A DNA stretch of 64,000 nt from Felis catus (taxonomy: Eukaryota). The stretch is from contig NC_058368.1 in assembly GCF_018350175.1 (NCBI RefSeq), positions 89,158,001-89,222,000 of the forward strand, read 5' to 3'. Position 1 is the stretch's first letter. Every line of letters begins with the position of its first letter. The notes beneath the pieces are model-generated. The model did not search any database. It had not been told where the DNA came from and saw only the letters and a list, made by a program, of their open reading frames with translations. Shown piece after piece: positions 12,652 to 24,512 of this stretch. The translations under genes and the position numbers were made by a program.

Positions 12652-12757
12652 TGAGATGTCAGCACAGAGCCCAACATGGGGCTTGAACCCATGAACCATG
12701 AGATCATGACCTGAGCTGAAGTCAGATGCTTAACCGACTAAGCCACCTAGATGCCCC
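12652..12757 (-). mobile_element. CAN-SINE, 5' half only
   Basis: gtcagcacagagccc...gatcatgacctgagctgaagtcagatgcttaaccgac...gcccc. CT tract and tail are missing. Confidence 0.85.
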
Positions 12758-12799
12758 TAGATGGGTCTTCCTTTTTAACCATTCTGTCATCTTATGTCT

Positions 12800-13190
12800 T
12801 TTTATTTTTGTGTTTGTTTAGGTTCAGTTAGTAAACATACATTGTAATATTAGTTTCAGCTGAAGAATATAGTGATTCAACAGATTCAACACTTCCATAC
12901 AACACCTGGTGGTCATCATATTAAGTACATTCCCTATTCCCCATCACCTAATTAACTCCTCCTCCATCCATTTCCCCTTGGTAGCCATCAGTTTATTCTT
13001 TATAATTAAGATCTGTTTCTTGGTTTGCCTTTATCTCTCTTATTTTTTTCCCTTTCCTTCTTTGTTTTGTTTCTTAAATTCCACACAGGAGTGAAATCAT
13101 ATGGTATACCCTCCACCTCCATCCATGTCATTGCAAATGATTTCACTCTTTTTATGCCTGAGTAATATTCCATTTTATATATACCACAAC
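12800..13190 (-). mobile_element. Nested carnivore L1 3' end
   Basis: A second L1 3' terminus (gttagtaaacatacattgtaatattagtttca) interrupts the host L1. Confidence 0.75.
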
Positions 13191-14216
13191 TTCAAAGATT
13201 CATTTTTAATATTTCTTGCAGAACTTGTTTAGTGGTCATAAGTCCTTTAGTTTTTGTGTGTCTGAGAGATTCTTTATCTCTCCTTCTATTCAAGAAATTC
13301 AACTGTGTCTTCTGAATTTGGAAGTAGTGACTTTATGAAGAAGGGGTCCTGGAGTGTCCTGCAGTACATTGTCCCCTCTTCACCACACCTGGCAGTTCAT
13401 GAGAGTATCCAATATGTGTTGTTTATGTCCTGCTATTGTGTCTTGAGTCACTTTTCCTTTCAGTGTAGTTGTCTTCTCTAATTAGCTGCCTGTTGTGGGC
13501 TGTGCTTGCTCTCTGTGATGTTAGTAGGACCCCGGCAGGTCAACTCTAAGGGGGCATGACTGCTGGGGAACTTGGGAACCGGGTGACAATGCTAGCAAAG
13601 TTTGTGCTGGATCACTAATCCTATGCCAGATGCCCTGAAACACTCTAGGGGCTGGTGGCTATGTTATGGGGTTTCTAGGGGCAAAAGCCTGGGCAAGAGA
13701 ATGAGGATGGCTGGGCATGGCTGGTACTTGTGCTCAACAGTGGTTGGGGATGCATGACTGGAGGTGACATGGCTTAACAAAATTTTCCCTGAGCCCAGGA
13801 TCAAAGCTAGTAAGTTGGTTGGTGTATGCTAGTCCCCAGGAGAACTTGTGGACATGGCATACTGCTAGTGGGTTTTATAGAAAGTGTCTGTGCAGCCCTG
13901 TCTCCCATAGGTGGCTCTGTGTCTATGCTGGGGTTTGGGGAAGGAAAATGGCATCTTCCAGCTCTCTCATTTTTGAAGTCCCCTAACATGCTCTGAAATC
14001 AGTATGAACAACTCTATCTCCTGTTTGTCTCCAGTGTTGTGTAAACTGTGATTGTTATGTTGCCTCTCTGTGTGGGCTGCTGTCTCCTTAAGGGCAGTGA
14101 CCCAACTATCACTCACTCTTGGACTTGCCCAGAACTGAGTCAGCTGACTTTTAAAACTCCAGACTCCAAGTCCCACTGGTTTTACAGACTCAAGGAATTC
14201 AGTCCCTCTGGTTTTT

Positions 14217-14435
14217 TTTTTAAATTTTTTTTCAACATTTATTTATTTTTGGGACAGAGAGAGACAGAGCATGAACGGGGGAGGGGCAGAGAGAGAGGGA
14301 GACACAGAATCGGAAACAGGCTCCAGGCTCTGAGCCATCAGCCCAGAGCCTGACGCGGGGCTCGAACTCCCGGACCGCGAGATCGTGACCTGGCTGAAGT
14401 CGGACGCTTAACCGACTGCGCCACCCAGGCGCCCC
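14217..14435 (-). mobile_element. Young felid CAN-SINE (downstream unit of a tandem pair)
   Basis: CpG-intact body whose head lies at ...cccaggcgcccc. Confidence 0.95.
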
Positions 14436-14454
14436 TATTCATTTCTTTAAAGAA

Positions 14455-14668
14455 TTTTTTTTTTCAACGTTTATTTTACTTTTGGGACAGAGAGAGACAG
14501 AGCATGAACGGGGGAGGGGCAGAGAGAGAGGGAGACACAGAATCGGCAACAGGCTCCAGGCTCTGAGCCATCAGCCCAGAGCCTGACGTGGGGCTCAAAC
14601 TCACAGACCGCGAGATCGTGACCTGGCTGAAGTCGGACGCTTAACCGACTGCGCCACCCAGGCGCCCC
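14455..14668 (-). mobile_element. Young felid CAN-SINE (upstream unit of a tandem pair)
   Basis: Near-identical body. The pair shares one TSD, AGTCCCTCTGGTTTTT, at 14201-14216 and 14669-14684. Confidence 0.95.
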
Positions 14669-15571
14669 AGTCCCTCTGGTTTTTAAAACCAAATATTATG
14701 GTTTTAAAATATTTAAAATATATTAATTTAAAATAAAATATTTTAAAAATTAAAAATAAATAAAACGTTTAAAATATGGTTCACTCTTCCACGTGTGAAC
14801 ACCCTGGTGTGAGGGCCCATTTCTCTGCTCTTTCCATGTGTGCAGCTCCTTCTCTCCTACAGACAGCCTCCCTTACCTTTCTGACCTTCCTAACCTTTCA
14901 GATGCAACTTCATCTCTGTGTTTAGTTGTGGAGTTTGTTCTGCTAGTCTTCAGATTGCTGTACGGTTTATTAACTTGGATGTAGATGATATCTAGTTGAA
15001 AATATGGGATGGGGTAAACTCAGGGTCCTCCACCTCTGCCATCTTCCCAAGCTTCTTGCTAGAATGATTTACTTTTAAAATGAGACATAAGGTGGAGAAG
15101 TCAAAGGAATGCATTTCTAGTGGTAAAATATCAAGGTCTTAATATCTGGCTAGGGGAAATAATTGAGTGTGATGTCTTCCCAGTCTTTTAAATAGTATAC
15201 CTAGTAAGTGACCCTGAGGCTTACACAGGCTGTGTTCAATGCCTGGACCTATGAAGGACCTCCTCTCTAGGAAAAGTTTCTGATTTCAGGGCAAAAGAGC
15301 AGTAGTCTCTCAAACCAGACATGAGCACTGGAAAGAAGCCCCTTAGTATCAGGACCTGTTTTTCTTTCCCAGCCTTGTGCAGATTTTTGCCTTAGAGCAA
15401 AGAATAGGATGAAGCATAAGAATCCCGTAGATTGGTGGTACAGAGACTAAGATGAGATGTGGTGAGCAGTGGTTTAAGACTAAGAAACCTCTTCCCGGTG
15501 GCCTAACTACCTTGGGAAGGTAGTTCCCCTTACCCAAAGACTGATGTTTTCTCTGTGTGTTTTGCTTTCAG

Positions 15572-15592
15572 GGAAGCTTCAGACAGAGCTTG
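15572..15592 (+). CDS. BTNL9: BTNL9 heptad micro-exon (21 bp), (G)KLQTEL
   Basis: gctttcag|GG ... CTTG|gtaagt. KLQTEL matches recalled BTNL9. Confidence 0.9.
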
Positions 15593-15851
15593 GTAAGTAA
15601 CCCCTTTTGGGATTATTTCTTCTTGTCTATCTTTTAGCATCTGATTTTCCATGTATGTTCTTTTCATATCCCAACCATGATGCCCAGTATGGAATGCTGA
15701 TAGCAATGTGGGTGGCGGGAGAAAATGCTGATAGCAATGTGGGTGTCAGGAGAAAGGGGAGAAGGGCAGGGGTGGGTGCAAAGTCCAGTGTGTGAGCAGG
15801 AAAGCAGCACTGACCTGATGTTCTGATTCCATTTTTCCATGACTGCTTCAG

Positions 15852-15878
15852 ACTGGAGAAGGGCTGAAGGCCAGGCTG
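15852..15878 (+). CDS. BTNL9: BTNL9 micro-exon (27 bp), (D)WRRAEGQA
   Basis: gcttcag|AC ... GCTG|gtgagt. Peptide matches recalled BTNL9 DWRRAEGQA. Confidence 0.9.
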
Positions 15879-16169
15879 GTGAGTGAAATCTGTCTCCCTC
15901 CCACTGTCCACTTTACATCTCAACATCCCAGTCACTCACTCTGACCAACCACGCTTCATTCTGGTTTATTCCACAGGCACATGGCATGCATTAATGTATG
16001 TCACTTAATAGAAGTTATATTCTAGTTTTGCTCTTATATTTACTTTTGTATCATCCTGAGGTGTAAGCATATTGTAAGCCATTGGTGAAAATTATGGTTG
16101 CACATCAGAATCATCTAGATCCTGGTACCGACCCTCAAAGACTGTGACCTGTGGGTCTAGAGTGGGCAT

Positions 16170-17490
16170 GTTGACCTATATGTAAATATTTTCCCCTATA
16201 CCTTCTTCCATTCCCTACATAAAGCAGTCTAATGTGTAGCTTTATTTTGTATGTATTCTTGCAAAAGGTGAATTTCTTCTTTGTGCACAAGCATTTTAGT
16301 TTCTGTAAATGACATTTACAGTCTTGGGCTGTTCCTTGCTTTTTTCACTCATCACTGTGTTTTAATACCCATCCCTGCCACCACATCTGGTCTGTGTCTC
16401 CTTGCTGTGGAGTACTCCATTTTAGCCAGCCACCTTCTTGGAACAGACATCCAGCCTGCCTCTAACTCCATACCACCACACAGATTGCTAACTGAATAGC
16501 TTCAAATGTGTTCCCTTCTGGCTTTATGTGGATATTTCTCTGGGATGTGTACCCAGGAAGGGAATTGCTGGTCCATGGGGGAGGGGATATGTCACTAAGT
16601 GGGATAGAGGGATCCCCCAAAGGCAGTATCATCATCCTGCCATTGGCAGTGCATGGAGGTTCCACATGCTACATCCCATATGAGCCAGCTTTCTAAGTTA
16701 GCTTGTCAATGGAGATGAGTGATTGCTCATTGTTCTTTCAGTCTGTCCTCCTCTGGACACTAAGAAGTTTGGGCATCTCTTCATATGCTAGATGACTTTG
16801 GGGGCTTCCTTTTTTGAATATTGCAAGTTCATGTCCTTTGGCTATTTTTAGTATGAGGTTACTATCTTTCTTTTATTGATTCAAGGAGACATGTGTACAT
16901 ACATACACATATCACCAACAAAGTTTCAAAAACTCAAGTCATAAGATAAAAATTTGATGAATTAGATTTTATCAAAATTAATGATTTCTTTTCAGTAGGA
17001 AACCATGGACATAGCTGATAGCAGGTGACAGATTAGAGAAGGAATTTACAATGTTTAATACCAGTGAGGGATTAATATTCTTATGCAGATATATCTTCAT
17101 CAAATTTTTACCTTATGTCAGGTGTTTTTGAAATTCTACTGAAGAAAAACTTCCTCACACTTAGGTCACAAAGATACTCTCTTCCACTTTCTTCTGTTCA
17201 CTTTATATGTGTTATGTGTATGTCTTTAATCCATCTGAAGGTTGCCATCTACTACATCATCTGTGATTTCCCCATTGATGTGGGTATTGCTCTTAGTTCA
17301 TATTTGGTTCCCATGTGTAGATAGGACTATATTTTGACCACCTATTACTTCATTGTTTTCACTGCTATGGCTTTTGTACCCAAAAGTACAAGTTATTCTC
17401 CTTTTCTGGGAGTGAATGGACATTTTTAAAAGTGAACGGACATTTTTAGGCCCATTTTAAATTTTAGAATAAATTTACAAAATCTTTTTA
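16170..17490. mobile_element. Highly decayed ancient L1 fragments
   Basis: L1-like phrases, mostly on - (ggaattgctggtccatgg, gcatctcttcatatgc, tatgtctttaatccatctg), with a + segment at ~16920-17080. Confidence 0.5.
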
Positions 17491-17499
17491 AAAGATCCA

Positions 17500-17692
17500 G
17501 AAGTGCCTAAGTGGCCCAGTCAAACATCTGACTTTGGCTCAGGTCATGATGTCCCACATCATGGGAGTTCGAGCCCCACACCAGGCTCTGCACTGACAGT
17601 GTCAAGCCTTCTTGGGATTCTCTCTCTCCCTCTCTCTCTGCTCCTCCCCCATTAGCTTGCTCTCTCAAAATAAATAAACTTAAAAAAAATAA
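17500..17692 (+). mobile_element. Older CAN-SINE
   Basis: gactttggctcaggtcatgat...gagttcgagcccc, CT tract, AATAAATAAA tail. Confidence 0.88.
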
Positions 17693-18275
17693 ATTTCTAC
17701 TAGTTATTCTGATGTAAAAACAGGTTTGAAAGGCCCTGCTATAAATTTATGAATCTCTGAAAACTTCTATTACTTTTGCTATTTTGTGATTTGATTTCTC
17801 TGTTGTAAAGCAAAATAAGATAAAACAAAACAGATATCAACTCAGAATGGTTCATATTAAGAAAGGATGCAAGACAGAATGTCTAAAGGACATATTCGGA
17901 CAGGAGCCATGTTCAACCAGGCCCCCTTGGACTGAGCCTGCTGGTCAGATTGAAATTTCATGTGCAACTTTCAGGGCATCTCAGCCACCTGTATTGGTTC
18001 TCTTTGCCTACATCCTTTGTTCTCCTGCCTTTCTCAGTACAAGGTTAGACGGCATACAGATTTGGTATAACCCAGCACTGACACCACCCACCTACCCAAT
18101 TCTAAATTCCCAGAGAAATGCCATGGTGAACCCAGACCAGTCTGGACTCTACCTGTCACGGTAGGAAGGAGATCATTGGGTTTGTGTCATTCCTCATGCA
18201 TCTTGAGTCTCCCTCAACGTTCTAGAGTTACTGGCTCAGATCTCTAAACCTGTTTTCCTTTCTGCTTGGTTTCAG

Positions 18276-18302
18276 AGTGGAGAGCAGCCCAACAATATGC
18301 AG
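18276..18302 (+). CDS. BTNL9: BTNL9 micro-exon (27 bp), (E)WRAAQQYA
   Basis: ggtttcag|AG ... GCAG|gtaact, phase 1-1. Resembles recalled BTNL9 EWRAAQKYA. Confidence 0.9.
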
Positions 18303-18955
18303 GTAACTGAAGTCAAGGGACTGTAACTTGTGATTGGGTTGGCTGGATTTTAAACACAAGGGAGGTGGAGAGATCTGAGATTAGAGGAAGGGTCTGTCCA
18401 AGAGCCAAGTATGGAGCCTGCATGCACGCAAACACATACAGCATAATCCTACCTTTGCACATATACTACATGACACATATGCCTGCATGTGCACATCTGA
18501 TTATACTCACACATGCACATTTTTGTGCATGCACATTATACTCACACATGCGCATATCTTCTTTAAAAGCACATCATTTTCTGTGTTTTACCAGATTTTT
18601 TTTCATCTGGCAGGAAGGCTGCTAGGGCCTGTTTGTAGGAACCTCTTATCTGAAAGAAGAGATCCTTAAGGTTCTCATCTATCAAATGGGTGTGCTTTGA
18701 GGGGTGAGGTGTTGAAGTGCAAGGCACTGGACCAGATGATCTCAGAGGTCCCTTTCCATTTTAAAATCCTAACATTGCTATAAAACTGAGGCTCAGAGTT
18801 CACATGATGATCTCAAGGTCACACAGAGTGGTGGCATCCAGGAATTGGACCAGCCAGGAGCCTCTTCACCTTGACCAGGAGTTGGGAGAAGTGAGCCTGC
18901 CTCCATCTCCCACGAATCTATCTTGTTTTCTATCTCTGCTCTCCGTGGCACCTAG

Positions 18956-19786
<831 letters not shown>

Positions 19787-19970
19787 TGAAGCAATCTTTT
19801 GCCTGCGGGTCTGGGTCTTTGGCGGCTTCCTGGATACTTTTTGCTCTCCCGCTTCTACGGAGGAAGCATCACAAAAATGTCAGCAAAGGCTAAAGACTCA
19901 GCACAGCAGAAAGGGAACAAAAACAGGAACCTTTGCTTATATGTGTGTGTATACACATATATACATATAA

Positions 19971-19972
<2 letters not shown>

Positions 19973-20003
<31 letters not shown>
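19973..20003. repeat. (AC)n microsatellite in the presumed BTNL9 3' UTR
   Basis: About 15 AC units. Confidence 0.95.
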
Positions 20004-20006
<3 letters not shown>

Positions 20007-20076
20007 TTTTCTTTAAGAAAAAGAGGCAATTCCAAAGCTTGTTTGTGTGGATGGTAAGAAAAAGCAAATGAATAAC

Positions 20077-20082
20077 AATAAA
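20077..20082 (+). terminator. Candidate BTNL9 polyadenylation signal AATAAA
   Basis: AATAAA about 290 bp after the stop codon. No transcript evidence available. Confidence 0.35.
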
Positions 20083-20868
20083 TTCATGCTGTCAGTAGCC
20101 ACAGTACGCACTGTGGAAGACCAGAAAGAAACCGGAATGGAGGAAAGATGGAGGGAAATCTTACTGGACTGGATAAGAAGAATCGGTTAGCTTGTATATT
20201 TTTTATACTTTTTGTATATGTTTTCTAGTTCTAAAATGTCTAGAAGCAATGACACTTCATAAGCAATGAGTTCACTTAGGGCTTAGATCCCAGTGTTAAC
20301 TGGCATTTCTCACTGAAATGAACTTGGAGAAATGGCTGATTCCAGGGTTGGAGCAGAGAAAGTACAGGTGAATCTGGAACATTGTGTATTCAAATGTGCT
20401 CAGAAACTGATGGGGACATAGGAACTAGGATGAAGAGGCTCCACTAGCCAGTTATGAGACAGCTTGAACATTATAATGAATAATGACAAGAATTGATCAA
20501 CAAGGAATTGAGCAAATAAGAAAATTCCCTAAGTGTGCCGAGAGGTTTCTCAGTCAGAAAATAAATACAAAAATGCAGAAAAAGGAAAGAAGAAAATGAA
20601 AGGTAACTCTATGAACTCACTTTTTTAAATATGTACAGATATGTGGAGCACACACACATGTGATAGGTATAGGTAGGTAGGTATGTAGGTAGGTAGATAG
20701 ATGTGTGTCTGCATGCATATGGTTCCTAGCTCTGTCAGTTTTGACAGCTTAGAAACAATAACACACCTAGCACCCAGAATTTAGCTTTTTTGTTTTCCAC
20801 AAAAGGAATGAAGGTTCCTTTGAGAAATGGTGGACTCCAGGGCTGAGGCGGGGAAAACACAAAATAGG

Positions 20869-21605
20869 TGTGATATTATGCTTAATAAGTATATATTTGC
20901 TCTTCCACCTAGACTCTCACACAGAGCTCTTGAAACCCTTAGAATTTCCTAAATGGTAAGAGCTATTAGGGTGGCTTTTGGTATTCGCAACAAGCACCTT
21001 TCAACCATACCTTATTTATGTTAATGATATGTCTTTTGGAAAGCCCCCTAAGGATGGGGCTAGTTATCAGAGGAACCAAGTATGTGATTAAAAGGTTAAA
21101 ACTTAGACCCATCTCCCAACCTCCACCTCCAAACTCAGTGAAGAGAGGCTGGAGATTAAGTGCAATCACCAGTATTGCCAATGACTTAATCAACAGAATA
21201 TATGTAATGAAACCTACATAAAACTCAAAAGGACCAGGTTCAAAGAGCTTCCAGGTTGGTGAACTCTTGAAGAGGGAAAGAGAGTGGTGCACCCAGAAAG
21301 CATGGAAGTCTCACACTTTACCCCATTCCTTGCTTTTTGCATCTCTTCCATTTGGCTGTTCCTGGGTTATAATAAACCAGTAATCTAGTAAACTGTTTTC
21401 CTGAGCTCTGTGAGGTGCTCTAGCAAATTACTAAACCTCTGAAGGTTGTGGGAACCTCCAATTTATAGCTGTCAGAAGCACAGGTAACAACCTGGACTTG
21501 TAAGGGTGTGTGAAATGAGGGGCAGTCTTATAGGACTGAGTCCTTAACTTTTGGAATATGACACTATCTCTAGGTAAATAGTGTCAGAATTAACAGCTTG
21601 GTGTT
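20869..21605 (+). mobile_element. MER21-like LTR inserted in ancient L1 (L1MC-like) sequence
   Basis: Starts TGTGATATT...cacagagctcttgaaacccttagaatttcct; internal gccaatgacttaatcaac and gagcttccaggttggtgaac as in recalled MER21. Confidence 0.75.
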
Positions 21606-21646
21606 TAAAAAATATACAAGAATGGGTCTAAAAGATCTTGTATTAG

Positions 21647-21877
21647 GGGGTGCCTGGGTGGCTCAGTCAGTTGAACATCTGACTTTGGCTTAGGTCATGA
21701 TCTTGTGGTTCTTGAATTCGAGCCCCAAGTCAGGCTCTGTGCTGACAGCTCAGAGCCTGGAGCCTGCTAAGGGTTCCATGTCTCCTTCTCTCTCTCTGTC
21801 CTTCCCCTGCTCACTCTCTGTTTCTCTCTTTCAAAAATAAATAGACATTAAAAATATAACTAACTAACTAACTAAAT
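21647..21877 (+). mobile_element. CAN-SINE
   Basis: Typical body; TSD-like AAAAGATCTT(G/C)TA(T/C)TAG on both sides. Confidence 0.92.
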
Positions 21878-21926
21878 AAAAGATCTTCTACTAGAAAGTA
21901 AGGAAGTACTCAAAGAATGAAGAGGA

Positions 21927-22223
21927 TTTATTGTCAAATTGGGTGTTGTATGGAAACCAATTTGACAATAAATTTCATATTAAAAAAATAAAGTTTACTG
22001 ATAAAAAAAAGCAGCTCAGAATGATCTGCATGCCAAAGGGGCATATTTTGGGGTGGCATATTTGGCTACCCTTCAGCCCCCCCCAAAAATTTTGAACAAC
22101 ACTGAAGGGGATTATAATATGCCACCCCAATATCTGCCACTTTGGCATGAAAATTATTTTGAGCTGAAGGCAATTGAGAATTAACAGATGTAGAAAGAAT
22201 CTCTTACAGAGCTTCTGTTAAAA
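21927..22223 (+). mobile_element. Very short L1 3' tip with a probable 3' transduction containing two LTR starts
   Basis: L1 terminus gggtgttgtatggaaaccaatttgacaataaatttcatatt plus an A run, ~230 bp of non-L1 sequence, a second A run, and TSD-like AAA(G/A)AATGAAG(A/G)GGA. Confidence 0.65.
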
Positions 22224-22804
22224 AAAAAATGAAGGGGAGATGTCAATTTGACATAAAAGTCAGCTTAAAGGAACTCTACTAGCCAAATTTGATCACAGTA
22301 ATTAATGGAACTTACAAATAAGTAAAAATAGGAATCCAAGCATATGTATATCTACACTGATATACATAAATAAATGAATACCCAAATAGGGGAGAAGAGA
22401 AAATTCAACTCTACAACAGAAGTTTCAAAGTATTTCCCACAAAATAGCAATTATTTATTAATTTAGAAGCACAATACACTTACCGATTTTACAGAGGAGG
22501 AGACTGGCAGACATCACAATAACAGAGTGACAAGAGTTAACATCACCAGATATGACATAAATTTATACCATGTGTTTCCTGATGCAAAACAGTGAAGAGA
22601 AAACAACAGCATCACTTTTGAGGTATTCCTGCCCCCAAAATTCATAAATCATGAAGAAATAGACAAGCTGGCTGATACTCCTAAAAACTGTCAAGGTCAT
22701 TAAAAACAAGGCAAGACTAAAGAATTATTTCAGATTGAAGGAAACTAAAGACAGAGGATGACTAATGCAATAGAGTAATATATAGAGAGAATGATAAATG
22801 AATG

Positions 22805-22987
22805 CAGTGGTATCATATAAGTGCTAAATAACTGGCTTTCTGGGAAGAAAAAACTGTAGCACTTGTTCATTTCCATGGTGTAAATACTACTATGGCTGAT
22901 TTCAAGCCATTGACGTGACATCAGTGATGGATTTGGGAAGAAATGCCCACAACTGGCTCTCAAGCCACCAGCTCCAGCATACCACTG
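22805..22987. mobile_element. MER63-like hAT MITE
   Basis: Terminal inverted repeats CAGTGGTAT...ATACCACTG; internal sequence resembles recalled MER63A. Confidence 0.7.
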
Positions 22988-23111
22988 ATTTTATGTGATT
23001 CTACATAGAGCATTTGGTCATCTATGTGACTGTTTCTCTAAAAAATCAAATAAGTTCATTTTTGAGTTTATGAAAATGCTTGGCTACATGTTATTATAAA
23101 ATTATAGCCTT

Positions 23112-24512
23112 GTTCAGAAGAAATGAATAGACACTTTTCCAAAGAAGACATCCAGATGACTAGCAAGAAGCATGACAAGATGTTCAACATCACTCATCAT
23201 CAGGGAAATGCAAATCAAAACTGCAGTGAGATATCACCTCACACCTGTCAGAATGGCTAAAATCAATGCAAGAAACAACAGGTGTCAGCAACAATGTGGG
23301 AATGCTTTTGCACTGTTGGTCGGAATGCAAACTGGTGCCGCTACTCTGGAAAACAGTATGGAGGATCTTCAAAAAATTAAAAATAGAACTACCTTATGAT
23401 CCAGCAGTCACACTACTGGGTATTTATCCAAAGATTACAAGAACATTAATTCAAAGGGATACATGCACCCTGATGTTTATGGCAGCGTTATTACAATAAC
23501 TAAGATATGGAAGCAGCCCAGGGCCCACTGAGTGATGAATGGATAAGGAAGAGAGAGAGAGTGAGACGATGATGATAGATAGATAGATAGATGATAGACA
23601 AATAGATGATATATAGATAATGGAACATTAATCATCCATAAAAAAGAATGAAATCTGGCCATTTGCAATGACATGGATGTGCTAGAGAGTATTATGCTAA
23701 GTGAAATAAGTCAGAGAAAGACAAATACCATATGATTTCACTCATATGTGGAATTTAAGAAACCAAAGGAGCAATGGTAAAAAAGAGATTGAGAGACAAA
23801 CCAAGAAACGGACTCTTAATTATAGAAAACAAACTGATGGTTACCAGAGGGGAGGTGGGGGGGATGGGTAAAATAAATGATAAGGATTAAAGAAGGCACT
23901 TGTGATGAGTACAGAGTGTTGTAGGTAAGTTTTGAATTACTAAGTTGTACACCTGAAACTAATGTTACACTGTATGTTACGTAACTGGATTTAAATAAAA
24001 ACTTAAAAATAAACTTAAAAATAAAATAAAAACTTAAAAAAATGCTAAGAGAAATAATGGGGAAACAGGGAAAAACAGAGAGAGAGAGAAGCAAATCAAG
24101 AAATAGACTCCTGGGGTGCCTGGGTAGTTCAGTTGATTAAGAAGTGTCTGACTTTGGCTCAGGTCATGATCTCAGGGCTCATGAGTTTGAGCCCTGCATC
24201 TGGCTTTCTGCTGTCAGCACAGACCCCATTCTGGATCCTCTGCCCACCTCTCTCTTTATGCCCCTTCCCCTCCAAAAAATTAAATAAACATAATTAAAAA
24301 AGAGAAATAGACTCTTAACTGTAGAGAACAAACTGATGGTTACCAGAGGGGAGGTCAGTCAGGGCATAGATTAAATAGGTGATGGGAATTAGGGAGTGCT
24401 TTTGTCATGATAAACACTGGGTGATGTATGGAATTGTTGAATCACTATATTGTACACTTGAAACTAATATAACACTGTATGTTAACTAACCAGAATTAAA
24501 GTAAAAACTTTC
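23112..24512 (+). mobile_element. 5'-truncated carnivore L1 with two tandem 3' ends
   Basis: ORF2 C-terminus (ORFs 23172 and 23266), tails at ~24040 and ~24510. TSD AAA(A/G)TTATAGCCTT at ~23098-23111 and ~24515-24528. Confidence 0.85.
24113..24302 (+). mobile_element. CAN-SINE in an L1 3' UTR
   Basis: TSD AGAAATAGACTC on both sides. Confidence 0.9.

Larger units (their letters stand above)
6781..15058 (-). mobile_element. Near full-length older carnivore L1 with deletions and nested inserts, in a BTNL9 intron
   Basis: 3' end at ~6790, ORF2 fragments (e.g. ORF 8911-9198), ORF1 remnant at ~13200-13290 and 5' UTR to ~15058. Degenerate TSD ctag(g/a)a(g/t)gatttactttt. Confidence 0.88.

Noticed and set aside
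14685..14777. AT-only stretch as a regulatory element
   Set aside because: Low-complexity expansion within an L1 5' UTR.
17411..17448. 20-bp tandem duplication, and similar small ones at ~7261-7300 and ~34034-34071
   Set aside because: Ordinary slippage duplications inside decayed repeats.
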